Source: an uncultured Desulfarculus sp.
Lineage (GTDB): Bacteria > Desulfobacterota > Desulfarculia > Desulfarculales > Desulfarculaceae
Assembly (NCBI GenBank): GCA_963665125.2
Contig: CAXXUK010000001.1
Span: forward strand, 3,104,001-3,168,000
Direction of reading: 5' to 3'
DNA: 64,000 nt
Positions within the stretch are counted from its first letter, which is position 1, and every line of letters begins with the position of its first letter. This document shows, one piece after another, positions 10,703 to 20,384 of this stretch. The translations under genes and the position numbers were made by a program. Below the pieces are notes generated by a model. That model was given only the letters and a program-made list of their open reading frames with translations. It searched no databases and was not told the origin of the DNA.

Positions 10703-11998
10703 ATGTTCTGGAACCAAGAAATCGAAACAATCAGCCGCCCGGACCTGGAAAAACTGCAACTGGAGCGGCTCAACAAAACCATGCTCAACGCGGCGAACTC
10801 ACCCTGCTACCAGCAAAAGTGGGCCGACATGTCCATCAAGCCCGGCGAGATCGTATCGCTGGAGCAACTGCGCGAGGTGCCCTTCACCGAAAAGCAGGAC
10901 CTGCGTAATGGTTTCCCATACGGCAACCTGGCCACGCCCAACAAAGACGTCGTCCGCGTACACGTCAGCAGCGGCACCACCGGCGTGCCCACCGCCGTGT
11001 ACCACACCCAGCAGGACCTGGACAACTGGACCGACCTCGTGGCCCGCTGCCTGTTCATGGTCGGCATGCGGCCCGAAGATATTTTCCAGAACATGATCGG
11101 CTACGGCCTGTTCACCGGCGGCCTGGGCCTGCACTACGGCGCCGAACGCCTGGGAGCCCTGGTCATCCCCTCGGGCGTGGGCAACTCCTCGCGTCAGATC
11201 AGCCTGATCCGCCAGTTCAACGTGACCTCCACCCACGTCATCCCCAGCTACGCTCTGAAGCTGTTGGATTCCTTCCGCGAGGTCAAGATCGACCCCAGGG
11301 ACCTGAGCCTTCGTCTGATGATCATCGGCGCCGAGCCCCACAGCGAAGAGGCCCGCCAGCGCATCGAAGAGGCCTACGGCGTATTCGCGGCCAACTGCTT
11401 CGGCCTGTCCGAAATGAACGGCCCCGGCGTGGCCTTCGAGTGCCCGGAAAAAAGCGGCCTGCACCTGTGGGAAGACAACTACATCATGGAAGTGATCGAC
11501 CCCGACACCCTGGAGCCCGTGCCCGACGGCGAGGTGGGCGAACTGGTGCTGACCACCCTCTGCCGCCAGGCCATGCCCCTGGTCCGCTACCGCACCAGGG
11601 ACCTTACGTCCATCATCCCCGGCCAGTGCGCCTGCGGGCGGACCCATCGCCGCATCGCCCGCATCAGCGGCCGCAGCGATGACATGTTCATCATCAAGGG
11701 CGTCAACGTCTACCCCATGCAGGTGGAATCGGTGCTCATGGGCTTCGAGGACGTGGGCAACAACTACGTCATCGTCCTGACCAACGAAGGCCCCGTGGAC
11801 TACATGACCGTCAAGGTGGAACTGCACGAAAAGAACCGCACCATGAACTCCGAAAACATGGAGCGCCTGGCCCGCCGCCTGGGCCGGGCCCTGCGCGACG
11901 AAGTGCTGGTCAGCGCCAATGTGGAACTGGTTGCCCCGGAAAGCATCCCCACCCCGCCGGGCAAAGCCATTCGCGTGGAAGACAATCGCGATCGCTAG
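10703..11998 (+). CDS. paaK: Phenylacetate-CoA ligase family protein
   Basis: SSGTTG P-loop; YGLFTGGLG, GAEP, FGLSEMNGPGV, RYRTRD and GRSDDMFIIKGVNVYP motifs; start set at MFWNQ. Confidence 0.92.
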   Translation: MFWNQEIETISRPDLEKLQLERLNKTMLNAANSPCYQQKWADMSIKPGEIVSLEQLREVPFTEKQDLRNGFPYGNLATPNKDVVRVHVSSGTTGVPTAVYHTQQDLDNWTDLVARCLFMVGMRPEDIFQNMIGYGLFTGGLGLHYGAERLGALVIPSGVGNSSRQISLIRQFNVTSTHVIPSYALKLLDSFREVKIDPRDLSLRLMIIGAEPHSEEARQRIEEAYGVFAANCFGLSEMNGPGVAFECPEKSGLHLWEDNYIMEVIDPDTLEPVPDGEVGELVLTTLCRQAMPLVRYRTRDLTSIIPGQCACGRTHRRIARISGRSDDMFIIKGVNVYPMQVESVLMGFEDVGNNYVIVLTNEGPVDYMTVKVELHEKNRTMNSENMERLARRLGRALRDEVLVSANVELVAPESIPTPPGKAIRVEDNRDR

Positions 11999-12003
11999 GA
12001 ATT

Positions 12004-12301
12004 CCGGGTACCTTTTTTGAAAAAAAGTTCCCCGCGCCCCTCAAAAAACTTTGCGCGAAGCCTTTCTGCCTGCGGCTGAAAGGCTTCGCGGCGTTTGGGC
12101 CCCGCACTTGCTCGTGGCTTAGGCTGCTGTTGCCGCGTCAATTGTTTTTGCCTGCGGCAAAAACAATTGACGCCGTAACGGGCAAACCACCCATCGCTCC
12201 CCGAAAAAAACGACCGTTTATTGATTTGCGGCGAAGCGGCAAATCAATAAACGGCAAAGTTTTTGGGGGGTGTGGGGGGCTTTTTTCAAAAAGCCCCCCA
12301 C
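12004..12301. repeat. Composite palindromic REP/MITE-like element
   Basis: Imperfect terminal inverted repeats (CTTTTTTGAAAAAAAGTTCCCC..CCCCTCAAAAAACTTT / AAAGTTTTTGGGGGG..GGGGGGCTTTTTTCAAAAAG) enclose three long hairpins. Confidence 0.75.
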
Positions 12302-12306
12302 GAATC

Positions 12307-14313
12307 TCAGAACTCAGCGCCGACCTTGAAGCCCTGGGCAATGGCGTCGAGGACTGTGAGGCCGCCCGAGGCGTCGCCGATGACTTCGACATTCAGGCCC
12401 TTGGCCTTGATGGGATCGGCCAGTTCGTTTACCGGGGCCGCGCCGGCGGCCACGACGACGGTGTCGGCGTCAATGGAGGCGGCTCCGTCGCCGGTCTTGT
12501 AGTTGACCTTGCCGGGCTCGACGCCGGTGACGGTGACGCCGGTCTTGATGCCCAGGCCAAAGGCCTTGACCAGGCCCAGGACGATCCACTTGGTGGAGCG
12601 GCCGATGCCCTTGCCGATCTTGGGCAGCATTTCCACGACGGTGACCTTGTGGGAGCCGGTGACCATCATTTTGGCCACGACGTCAGGGGTCTCACCCCTG
12701 AACAGGGTCAGGTAGTAGGCCTGTTCGGGGGTCAGGGCGCCGCGTTTGGCGATGTTGAGGGCCGTCTCCAGGCCCACGGCGCCGCCGCCGATGACCACGA
12801 CGTTTTCGCCGGTCACCTCGGCCGTGCCCTTGAGCACATCCCAGGCATGGACCACGTTGGAGCTATTGAGACCGGGAATGGGCGGCATGATGGGCTTGGC
12901 GCCGGTGGCAACGACCACCAGGTCGGGGTTGAGACCGGCCACATAGTCGGCGTCGGCGGTTACGCCCAGGCGCACGTCGATTTTCAGTTCCTTGAGATAG
13001 GCCGCCTGCCATTCAACGATGGCCTCGAAGTCGGGTTTTTCCGTGGCGTTCCAATACCAGGAAATCTGCCCGCCGATCTTGTCCGCCGCCTCGATCAGGG
13101 TGACCTTGTGGCCGCGCTCGGCAGCCGTGATGGCAGCCTGGCAACCGGCCGCGCCGCCGCCGATGACCACCATGTGCTTGGCCTGGGCCGCGGGTTGGGG
13201 CTTGCCGTCGGCCTCGTGGCTGGCCCTGGGGTTGATCATGCAGCCGATGGGCTTGAAACTCATGATGGCGTCAAAGCAGCCCTGGTTGCAGCCCACGCAG
13301 CGTTTGATCAGCTCCGGGCGTCCGCCCTTGGCCTTGTTGGCCAGCTCCGGATCGGCGATGAAGGGGCGGCCCATGCAGATCAGGTCGGCGTCACCCCGAG
13401 CCAGGATGGCCTCGGCCAGGTCCGGATTGTGGACGCGGTTGCTGCAAGCCACCGGGATGGTGACGTTGTGCTTGATGCCCCGGGACAGGTAGGCGAAACC
13501 GCCGGCGGGCAGCTCGTGGGTGAGCTGGGGCACCTTGGTCTCGTGCCAGCCTCCGGTGACGTTGATCATGTCGGCCCCGGCGTCCTGCATGGCCTTGGCG
13601 AAGATGGCCGCTTCCTGGTTGGTGTGGCTGCCGGGCACGAAGTCGTTGCCGGCCACGCGGACATTGATGCAGAAGTCCGGGCCCACGGCGGCGCGGCATT
13701 TCTGCATGACCTCGATGCCGAAACGCATGCGATTTTCCAGTTCGCCGCCGTATCCATCGGTGCGTTTGTTGATCTTGGGGCTGAGGAACTGGCTGATCAG
13801 ATAACCGGCCGAGGCCAGGATCTCCACCATGTCCATGCCAGCTTCCCTGGCACGCAGGGTGGCCTGGACAAAGTCGTCCTGGACCTGGGCGATGTCCTCC
13901 AGAGTCATTTCACGGCACTCTTCCTTGGTGAAGTTGGAAAAGTGCGGCGAGCAGCTTATGGCCTGCTGGCCGATGGCCAGGGAATGGGCATAGGCCCCGG
14001 CCATGTAGAGCTGTACGGCGGCCTTGGCCCCGGCGTCCTGGATGGACTTGGCCAGGCGGTTCAGGCCGGGGATGTCCTCGTCCTTCATGATGTTGACCAT
14101 GAAGGGTCCGCCGCTCTTGTCGTTGATCACGCAGCCGCCGACAATGCAAATGCCAGCGCCGCCCTCGGCGCGCTCCCGGTAAAATGCCACGAGTTGGTCA
14201 TTCACCGCGCCGTCGGGCGTGTAATTCAGGTGCATGGCCGGCATGACGATCCGGTTGCGCATCTCCATTTTGTTGATGGTAATGGGTTCAAACAACAAAG
14301 GATAATAGCTCAT
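12307..14313 (-). CDS. fadH: NADH:flavin oxidoreductase / 2,4-dienoyl-CoA reductase (FadH-like)
   Basis: Old-Yellow-Enzyme barrel (GYLISQFLSP..NKRTDGYGG..ENRMRF); CVGCNQGC..CMINP Fe-S motif; two GGG dinucleotide-binding motifs. Confidence 0.88.
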   Translation of the reverse strand: MSYYPLLFEPITINKMEMRNRIVMPAMHLNYTPDGAVNDQLVAFYRERAEGGAGICIVGGCVINDKSGGPFMVNIMKDEDIPGLNRLAKSIQDAGAKAAVQLYMAGAYAHSLAIGQQAISCSPHFSNFTKEECREMTLEDIAQVQDDFVQATLRAREAGMDMVEILASAGYLISQFLSPKINKRTDGYGGELENRMRFGIEVMQKCRAAVGPDFCINVRVAGNDFVPGSHTNQEAAIFAKAMQDAGADMINVTGGWHETKVPQLTHELPAGGFAYLSRGIKHNVTIPVACSNRVHNPDLAEAILARGDADLICMGRPFIADPELANKAKGGRPELIKRCVGCNQGCFDAIMSFKPIGCMINPRASHEADGKPQPAAQAKHMVVIGGGAAGCQAAITAAERGHKVTLIEAADKIGGQISWYWNATEKPDFEAIVEWQAAYLKELKIDVRLGVTADADYVAGLNPDLVVVATGAKPIMPPIPGLNSSNVVHAWDVLKGTAEVTGENVVVIGGGAVGLETALNIAKRGALTPEQAYYLTLFRGETPDVVAKMMVTGSHKVTVVEMLPKIGKGIGRSTKWIVLGLVKAFGLGIKTGVTVTGVEPGKVNYKTGDGAASIDADTVVVAAGAAPVNELADPIKAKGLNVEVIGDASGGLTVLDAIAQGFKVGAEF

Positions 14314-14466
14314 GGAACACTCCACCTGCGATTAGAAATTGCTCCTGGGGTAACTACTTGATAACTGAATAGCCGTTCAGGTTCAACTTAAAAAAGAAGT
14401 GGCATTATTTTTTGTAAACGGCGTTCCGCCCAAAATTACCAAGGATATAGCCAGTTTTTAAACCGG

Positions 14467-15885
14467 CTATATTTTTCTGGACCACAGAACATAGTCTTTG
14501 ACAAATCCCTGGCCTATCAGACGGTCAGCCTCCTTCACGGCGTCGGCCTTGGTCAGATAGGGGCCCAACAGCACCCTGTGCCAGGAACCGAGTTTGGTGC
14601 TCTCCCAACGCTCCAGCCGGCCCTTGTAGCCGCGCTTGTTCCATTCTTTGAGGATCCGCTGGGCCTCGGACTGCTTGCGTAGAGAAGCAACCTGGAGAAA
14701 AAAGCCGTTTTCCGGCAGCTTCAACTTAGGCTTGGCCGTTGTGGGCTTCGGGGCCGGAGTGGCCATGGCGACCACGGTGGCCGTGGCCTTGGCGACAGTC
14801 GTGGGAGCAGGCGTGGGTTTGGTTTTGGCCGGCTGAGGCTTGGGCGTGAATACAGCCTTGGCCGGCTTAGGTTTGGGCGTTGACACCGCCTTGGGCGCGG
14901 GGGTGGGCTTGGCTTTAGGCTTTGGCTTCACGGCTGCGGGGGTGGGCCCGGCGGCCAAACGACTGACAGTCTCGGGGCTGAGCTTTTGCAGGCTGTCCAA
15001 CAGCCGGCGCCTGGTCTCGGGCTCCTGGGGGTTTAGCTCCAAGGCCCGATGCAGGCTGACCACCGCCTCGGCGTGCTTGCCCCTGGCCGCCAGGATTTCG
15101 CCCTGGGTCACCCACAGTGCGGCCCGGTCCGGAGCCAGGGCCACGGCCCGCCGGGCCAGGGATTCGGCCCTAGCCATCTCCTTGCCCCGCTTGGCCAAGA
15201 CCCAGGCCAGATTGTTGAGGACCACGGGGTTTTCACCGTCCATGGCCAAGGCCTGGTGATAAAGGCTTATGGCCTGGTCTTCCCGGCCCAGGGCCAGTTC
15301 GGACGAGGCCTTGTCGCCCAGGACCGCCGGGTTGCGCGGAACCAGTTCCAGGGCCCTGTCAAAATAGGCGATGGCCTGCTGGTGGTTGCCCTTGGCCACC
15401 TCGCACAGACCCAACATATGCAGGCTGGTCACCGCGTCCGGATTCAACTCCAGGTCTTTTTTCAACAATGGTTCGGCCTGATCGTAACGGCCTTGCAGGA
15501 AAAACGCTTTACCTTCCTGACCAAAGCTTTTGCTGCTCAGTTGCACCATGGCCCAACCGTCGCTCAGCTCAAAAGGTCCGCTTGCCTGGCCCATTTCCAG
15601 CCCGGCGGTTTGGGCCAACACCTTGGGGTCGATCTTGGAGCGTTCCAGGCAGATGAAGGACATGCGCATGGCCTGCGGATTGGCCTTTGCCTGTTCCGCG
15701 GCCCGGTCCACGAAATTTTGCCCCTCCGGCAGGTTGCCCGGCTTGAGCGGCTCCAATAGGGCGGCATCCCCGGACCAGACCATGCGCAGACACATCTGCG
15801 GTTCGGCCGCGCCGGCGGCCCCCGGCGCCGTCAACCAGACCACGGCAAGCCACAGTAATAAAAACCTTGTGATCGCATCCTTCAT
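14467..15885 (-). CDS. Exported TPR-repeat protein with Pro/Lys-rich linker and C-terminal SPOR domain
   Basis: Signal peptide; TPR repeats (LNNLAW, ALELNP); FFLQVAS...WHRVLLGPY SPOR pattern. Confidence 0.88.
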   Translation of the reverse strand: MKDAITRFLLLWLAVVWLTAPGAAGAAEPQMCLRMVWSGDAALLEPLKPGNLPEGQNFVDRAAEQAKANPQAMRMSFICLERSKIDPKVLAQTAGLEMGQASGPFELSDGWAMVQLSSKSFGQEGKAFFLQGRYDQAEPLLKKDLELNPDAVTSLHMLGLCEVAKGNHQQAIAYFDRALELVPRNPAVLGDKASSELALGREDQAISLYHQALAMDGENPVVLNNLAWVLAKRGKEMARAESLARRAVALAPDRAALWVTQGEILAARGKHAEAVVSLHRALELNPQEPETRRRLLDSLQKLSPETVSRLAAGPTPAAVKPKPKAKPTPAPKAVSTPKPKPAKAVFTPKPQPAKTKPTPAPTTVAKATATVVAMATPAPKPTTAKPKLKLPENGFFLQVASLRKQSEAQRILKEWNKRGYKGRLERWESTKLGSWHRVLLGPYLTKADAVKEADRLIGQGFVKDYVLWSRKI

Positions 15886-16019
15886 GCAGTGATTATAGGC
15901 TTAGCACTCGAACCATGCAATTGCGCTGAACAACAGATACAATATCAATTTAGTTGCATTTGTCGCGACCGATGCTATGCTGTCTTTGCCGCACCGTTCA
16001 ACGGAAAGACGAGAATACC

Positions 16020-16919
16020 ATGACTTTTTCATCCGGTGTTGAATGCTCTGTCTGGCTGCCTCCCCTGGTCTCGTTTTGCATCAGCTTTTTCACGTCCATG
16101 GGCGGCATCTCGGGCGCGTTCCTGCTCCTGCCGTTTTCCATGAATATCCTGGGCTTTACCAGCCCGGCCGTCAGCCCCACCAACATGGTCTACAACGTCG
16201 TGTCCATACCCAGCGGCGTTTGGCGCTTTATCCGGGAGGGCCGCATGCTCTGGCCCCTGACCTGGGTGGTGGTGGTGGGCACCCTGCCCGGCGTCATCGT
16301 CGGCGGCTGGATCAGGCTGGCCTATTTGCCCGACCCCAAGCCGTTCAAGGCATTCGTTGGCTGCGTGCTGTTGTATATCGGCGCCCGCATGTTCATGGAT
16401 CTGCTGGGCAAGTCAAAGTCCAAGCAGGCCGCCGGGCAAAGCGCCGACCCCAACGATTTCCGGGTGAACAACCTTAGATTGACCGTCAAGGCCCTCTCCT
16501 TCACCTTCCAGGGCCAGGACTACAGCACCTCCTGGATCGGCATCGCCGTGTTGTCGCTGGTGGTGGGTGTAATCGGCGGGGTCTACGGCATCGGCGGCGG
16601 GGCGATTCTGGCCCCGTTCTTCGTGGCCATCAGTCATTTGCCCGTCTACGCGGTGGCCGGCGCGGCCCTGATGGGCACCTTTGTCACCAGCATCGCCGGG
16701 GTGCTCTTTTACCAGCTTGTGGCCCCTTACTACGAATCCGGCGGCATGGTAGTCAGCCCTGACTGGCTGCTGGGCTTTTTGTTCGGCATCGGCGGTTTCG
16801 CGGGCATGTACCTTGGCGCGCGGACCCAGAAGTACGTACCGGCCAAGTGGATCAAGCTGGGTCTGGCCATCGTAGTCACGTTCGTGGCCCTGCGCTACAT
16901 AGTCGGCTATTTCATCTGA
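16020..16919 (+). CDS. TSUP (TauE/SafE) family permease
   Basis: GGISGAFLLLP and GGVYGIGGGAILAP repeat motifs; multiple TM helices. Confidence 0.9.
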   Translation: MTFSSGVECSVWLPPLVSFCISFFTSMGGISGAFLLLPFSMNILGFTSPAVSPTNMVYNVVSIPSGVWRFIREGRMLWPLTWVVVVGTLPGVIVGGWIRLAYLPDPKPFKAFVGCVLLYIGARMFMDLLGKSKSKQAAGQSADPNDFRVNNLRLTVKALSFTFQGQDYSTSWIGIAVLSLVVGVIGGVYGIGGGAILAPFFVAISHLPVYAVAGAALMGTFVTSIAGVLFYQLVAPYYESGGMVVSPDWLLGFLFGIGGFAGMYLGARTQKYVPAKWIKLGLAIVVTFVALRYIVGYFI

Positions 16920-16927
16920 TAGACCTT

Positions 16928-17033
16928 TAGCAGGCTGTTAAAAAACCGCGCAAACTGAGCGATTTGGCAAAACCACGATTTTGCCAAGCCACGGTTGAAA
17001 AAGTCTAGGATGGACTTTTTCAACACACTGTTA
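16928..17033. mobile_element. MITE of about 106 bp with IS-like terminal inverted repeats
   Basis: TAGCAGGCTGTTAAAAAA ... TTTTTCAACACACTGTTA imperfect TIRs bounded by TA; two internal hairpins; no coding capacity. Confidence 0.7.
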
Positions 17034-17163
17034 AAACATCATGCGACGCTGGGCCGCCGTCAAGCGCCCCGGCCCGTTTCCGCCGCAGATTTCATTCGGC
17101 AATATCCCACCGTCCTGCTATTTTTAACTAAACAACGTTTTCCAAGAAGGAGCGTACGGAAAG

Positions 17164-18300
17164 ATGGACCAGGACGAAAAATACTTAAAGGTTGTCGAAG
17201 CAATCAACAAGGCCGGCGGAACGCCGCCACCCGTAACTCCCACTCTCATCGAACTGATAAAAGAGGTGATCAGGCCGGAAGAGGTTGACTTCATCCTGGC
17301 CTTCAGCGAACAGACATCCCAGACCATGGAGCAGCTAAAGGCGTCCTCGGGCCTGAGCGAAGACGAAATCAACGCCATGGTGGACGTCCTGGCGAAAAGG
17401 GGCGTCATCTTCAACCAGCCCAACCGCAAGGGCGTAATGGTTTTCAAGCTCCTGCCGCTGTTGAACGTGGGCCTGTTCGAATACCTGTTCATGAAAAAGC
17501 TGGAGATCACCCCCTACACCAAGCGCCTGGGCGAACTGTTCACCAAAATGTTCGATGAACAAAGGGATCTGGTGAAGGCCCACTATAAAGACGTGCTGGC
17601 GATGGTCAAACACCATCCGACCGTGGACCGCACCGTGCCCTACACGACCAACCAGGGCACCGGCAAGCCCATCTCCATCCAGATCAACAAGAGCCTTGGT
17701 GATTTTAAAGAACAGACCATGCCGTTCCAGGACGTCAAGGACATCATCGAAAAGTTCGACGACATCGCGGTGGGCCACTGTTTTTGCCGCCACTTCAAGG
17801 ATCTGACCGGACATCCCTGCCAGCAGACCGATTCCCGGGAAAACTGCTTCACCTTTGGCAAATCGGCCCGCCACACATCCCAGCAGGGTTTCGCCCGCAT
17901 GGTCAGCAAGGAAGAGGCCTTGGACATCCTGGCCAAGGCCGAGGAAGACGGCCTGATGCACAAGGCCTATCACCCCAATTTTGACTCCAGCCGCGACGAA
18001 ACCAGCATCTGCTCCTGCTGCACCTGCTGTTGCGGCAATGCCCATGACAACACCATCGCCGGTACGGCCAACGAGGCCTGGTATCTGGCCGTCTTCGACA
18101 TGGAAGCCTGCGTGGGCTGCGGGACCTGCGTGGAGCACTGCAATGCCAAGGCCCTGAGCATGGGCGACGACGACAAGCCCGTACTGGACGAGGATCTTTG
18201 CATCGGCTGCGGCTATTGCGCCTACCTGTGCCCGGAAAACGCCATCGGGCTTACCCAGGCCCGGCGGGTGGTGTATGTAACTCCCCAAATGCCCGCCTAA
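17164..18300 (+). CDS. 4Fe-4S dicluster-domain protein with N-terminal HTH-like region
   Basis: CFCR..C..C and ICSCCTCCC motifs; two C-terminal CxxCxxCxxxC ferredoxin motifs. Confidence 0.88.
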   Translation: MDQDEKYLKVVEAINKAGGTPPPVTPTLIELIKEVIRPEEVDFILAFSEQTSQTMEQLKASSGLSEDEINAMVDVLAKRGVIFNQPNRKGVMVFKLLPLLNVGLFEYLFMKKLEITPYTKRLGELFTKMFDEQRDLVKAHYKDVLAMVKHHPTVDRTVPYTTNQGTGKPISIQINKSLGDFKEQTMPFQDVKDIIEKFDDIAVGHCFCRHFKDLTGHPCQQTDSRENCFTFGKSARHTSQQGFARMVSKEEALDILAKAEEDGLMHKAYHPNFDSSRDETSICSCCTCCCGNAHDNTIAGTANEAWYLAVFDMEACVGCGTCVEHCNAKALSMGDDDKPVLDEDLCIGCGYCAYLCPENAIGLTQARRVVYVTPQMPA

Positions 18301-19033
18301 TCAGTTCCATCAATTTTTAGGCCCCGGGTTCAACCGAATCCGGGGCCATTTTTCGCGCCGCGGAGCGTTGGTTATCAATCGGACGGGCCGCGGCCGCGTC
18401 GCCGCCCGGCGGATTTCGGGCCATCGGGCCGGATTAGCGGACTCCCGCCTCTTTTTTGCCCTGGACCTGCCCGTTTCGCCCACCCGACACTCTCGTGCGG
18501 CAATGACCGCCCAGAGAATGGTTCATACCGGCGTATATATAATAGGAAAATAAAAACAGAGTGAAAATAAAAGATTCGCAACAAAAATGCAGGAAAAAAA
18601 AAGGCCCGGCATGATACACGAGGCAAATATTTGAATGTCTCACACAAAATTGGTTGACATAGAGTGTCGCGCAATAATACCGTAGTGAACGAAGTTCAGC
18701 GGAATTTTGCGGCCACGGGCGGGATCAGCCGATGCGAAATCGGACTCTCATCCGTATTATACGATTTCCTTGCCGCGAGGGAGAATCTTCAACATACGCC
18801 GGGAACATGGGCAAGTGACCATTATATCTCGGCGTCGGCACACACAGATACCGCTGACCAGTGGTGCCGCGCTCGGCAACCGGACTCTTCGGTGTGAAGC
18901 ACGGCGGACAACAGCAAACGGCAAACATGTGTCTGGTCATAGGCTTGTCTTTGACAAGGCATTGTATCCACCCCTTTGGGGCGCTATCTCAATTGCGTGC
19001 AAACCTTTCAAAAAAATAGGAGGGCGGGAGATT

Positions 19034-20305
19034 ATGTTCTCGGGAAAGTCACTTAAACTGGCTTTGGTTATGGCAATGATTGTGATTGGCGCATTGGTGG
19101 GGCAAGCCTATGCGGCCGACACGGTCAAAATCGGTTTCATGGCCAACATGTCTTCGGCCCCGTGCAAGAGCTCGCTTGCCGCGGCCAAGATGGCCGTTGA
19201 CGAGATCAACGCAGCCGGCGGCGTAAACGGCAAACAGGTCGAACTGATTGCCGAAGACACGACGGGGCAGATCCCCAAAGCAGTGGAAATCTACAAAAAA
19301 CTGGTCATGAACGATCACGTGGTTGCCGTGATCGTGGCCGAAAAGGTCGAGATGGCCGTCGCGGGCATGGAAATCGGCGCGGAACTTTACGCGGAGTATC
19401 CCCACCTGATGTTCAGCACCATCGGCTCGGGCGACTCCATCTGGCACAAGGTGCGCGACAATTACGACAAATACGGCTTTGCCTTCCAGACGTATTACAG
19501 CACTTCCACCAACTACCTCAAGATCTGGGCTCCGATCTTCGTGGACATCTACGGCAAGCTGTTCAAGTCCAAAAAGGTCGCTTTGATCTATGAGGACATG
19601 GAGTGGACCAAACCGTTGCGCCAGGGCATCGAGGGTGTCTCGCCCCGCCTGGCCGATGTGTACAAGAATCTCGGCATGGAAGTGGTCTACGAAAGTACGG
19701 TTTCGGTGGACCAGACCATGTTCACCTCCATTTTCGAGGAAGCGGCCGCGTCCGGGGCCGAGGTTATCGACTGCGCCATCGGCTACATCAACGAAGGCGC
19801 TTTTGTCAAGCAGTGGGCCCAGTCCAGCGCCCAGGACCTGCCCATCACCATCTGGGGCGGCCTGGCCGGCATGCCTCCCTTCTGGAAGATATCCGGCGGC
19901 CAGTGCCTTGGCGTGATGGTCGGTTCATCCATGGTGGCGGTGCCCATCTCCCCCAAAACCATTCCGTTCATGACCAACCTGTATACGAAGTATAAGACTG
20001 GTGCCATTTTCGGCTCCCACACCACCTATGACACCCTCTACGGGTTCAAGAAGGCCATGGAGACCGCCGGTCCCAACGCCGACGTGCCCGCGCTGATCAA
20101 GGCCGTCGAGGGCGTCGAGGAAGTGGCTGTGCTGGGCTCCATCGGCTGGGATGCCAAACTCCACTACAATCTGCCCTATCCCAAGTACATGACCCCCGTG
20201 GTGCAATGGCAGAAGGACGGCAAGGGCGGCGGCGACATGAAGGTTATCTATCCTGAGAACCTGGCCCAGGCCCCGGCCAAGACCCCCGCGGAACTTCGCA
20301 AGTAA
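19034..20305 (+). CDS. Liv/HAAT-family ABC transporter substrate-binding protein
   Basis: Signal peptide; AVDEINAAGGVNGKQVELIAED motif; start at MFSGK behind GGAG. Confidence 0.92.
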   Translation: MFSGKSLKLALVMAMIVIGALVGQAYAADTVKIGFMANMSSAPCKSSLAAAKMAVDEINAAGGVNGKQVELIAEDTTGQIPKAVEIYKKLVMNDHVVAVIVAEKVEMAVAGMEIGAELYAEYPHLMFSTIGSGDSIWHKVRDNYDKYGFAFQTYYSTSTNYLKIWAPIFVDIYGKLFKSKKVALIYEDMEWTKPLRQGIEGVSPRLADVYKNLGMEVVYESTVSVDQTMFTSIFEEAAASGAEVIDCAIGYINEGAFVKQWAQSSAQDLPITIWGGLAGMPPFWKISGGQCLGVMVGSSMVAVPISPKTIPFMTNLYTKYKTGAIFGSHTTYDTLYGFKKAMETAGPNADVPALIKAVEGVEEVAVLGSIGWDAKLHYNLPYPKYMTPVVQWQKDGKGGGDMKVIYPENLAQAPAKTPAELRK

Positions 20306-20384
20306 AGCAAACAAACCTTTAAGCCCGGCCAGGGCGGCGGCCTCGAGCCGCCGACCCGGCCGAGGGCTGACGTGAGGCCGATCC

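Noticed and set aside
12130..14361. 743-aa plus-strand ORF and similar long antisense ORFs (8026-9510, 29305-30756, 37534-38973)
   Set aside because: Shadow frames of GC-rich genes on the opposite strand, with no recognisable motifs.
14730..14930. Low-complexity GGCTT/GGCC repeats
   Set aside because: Pro/Lys/Ala/Thr linker of the SPOR protein.
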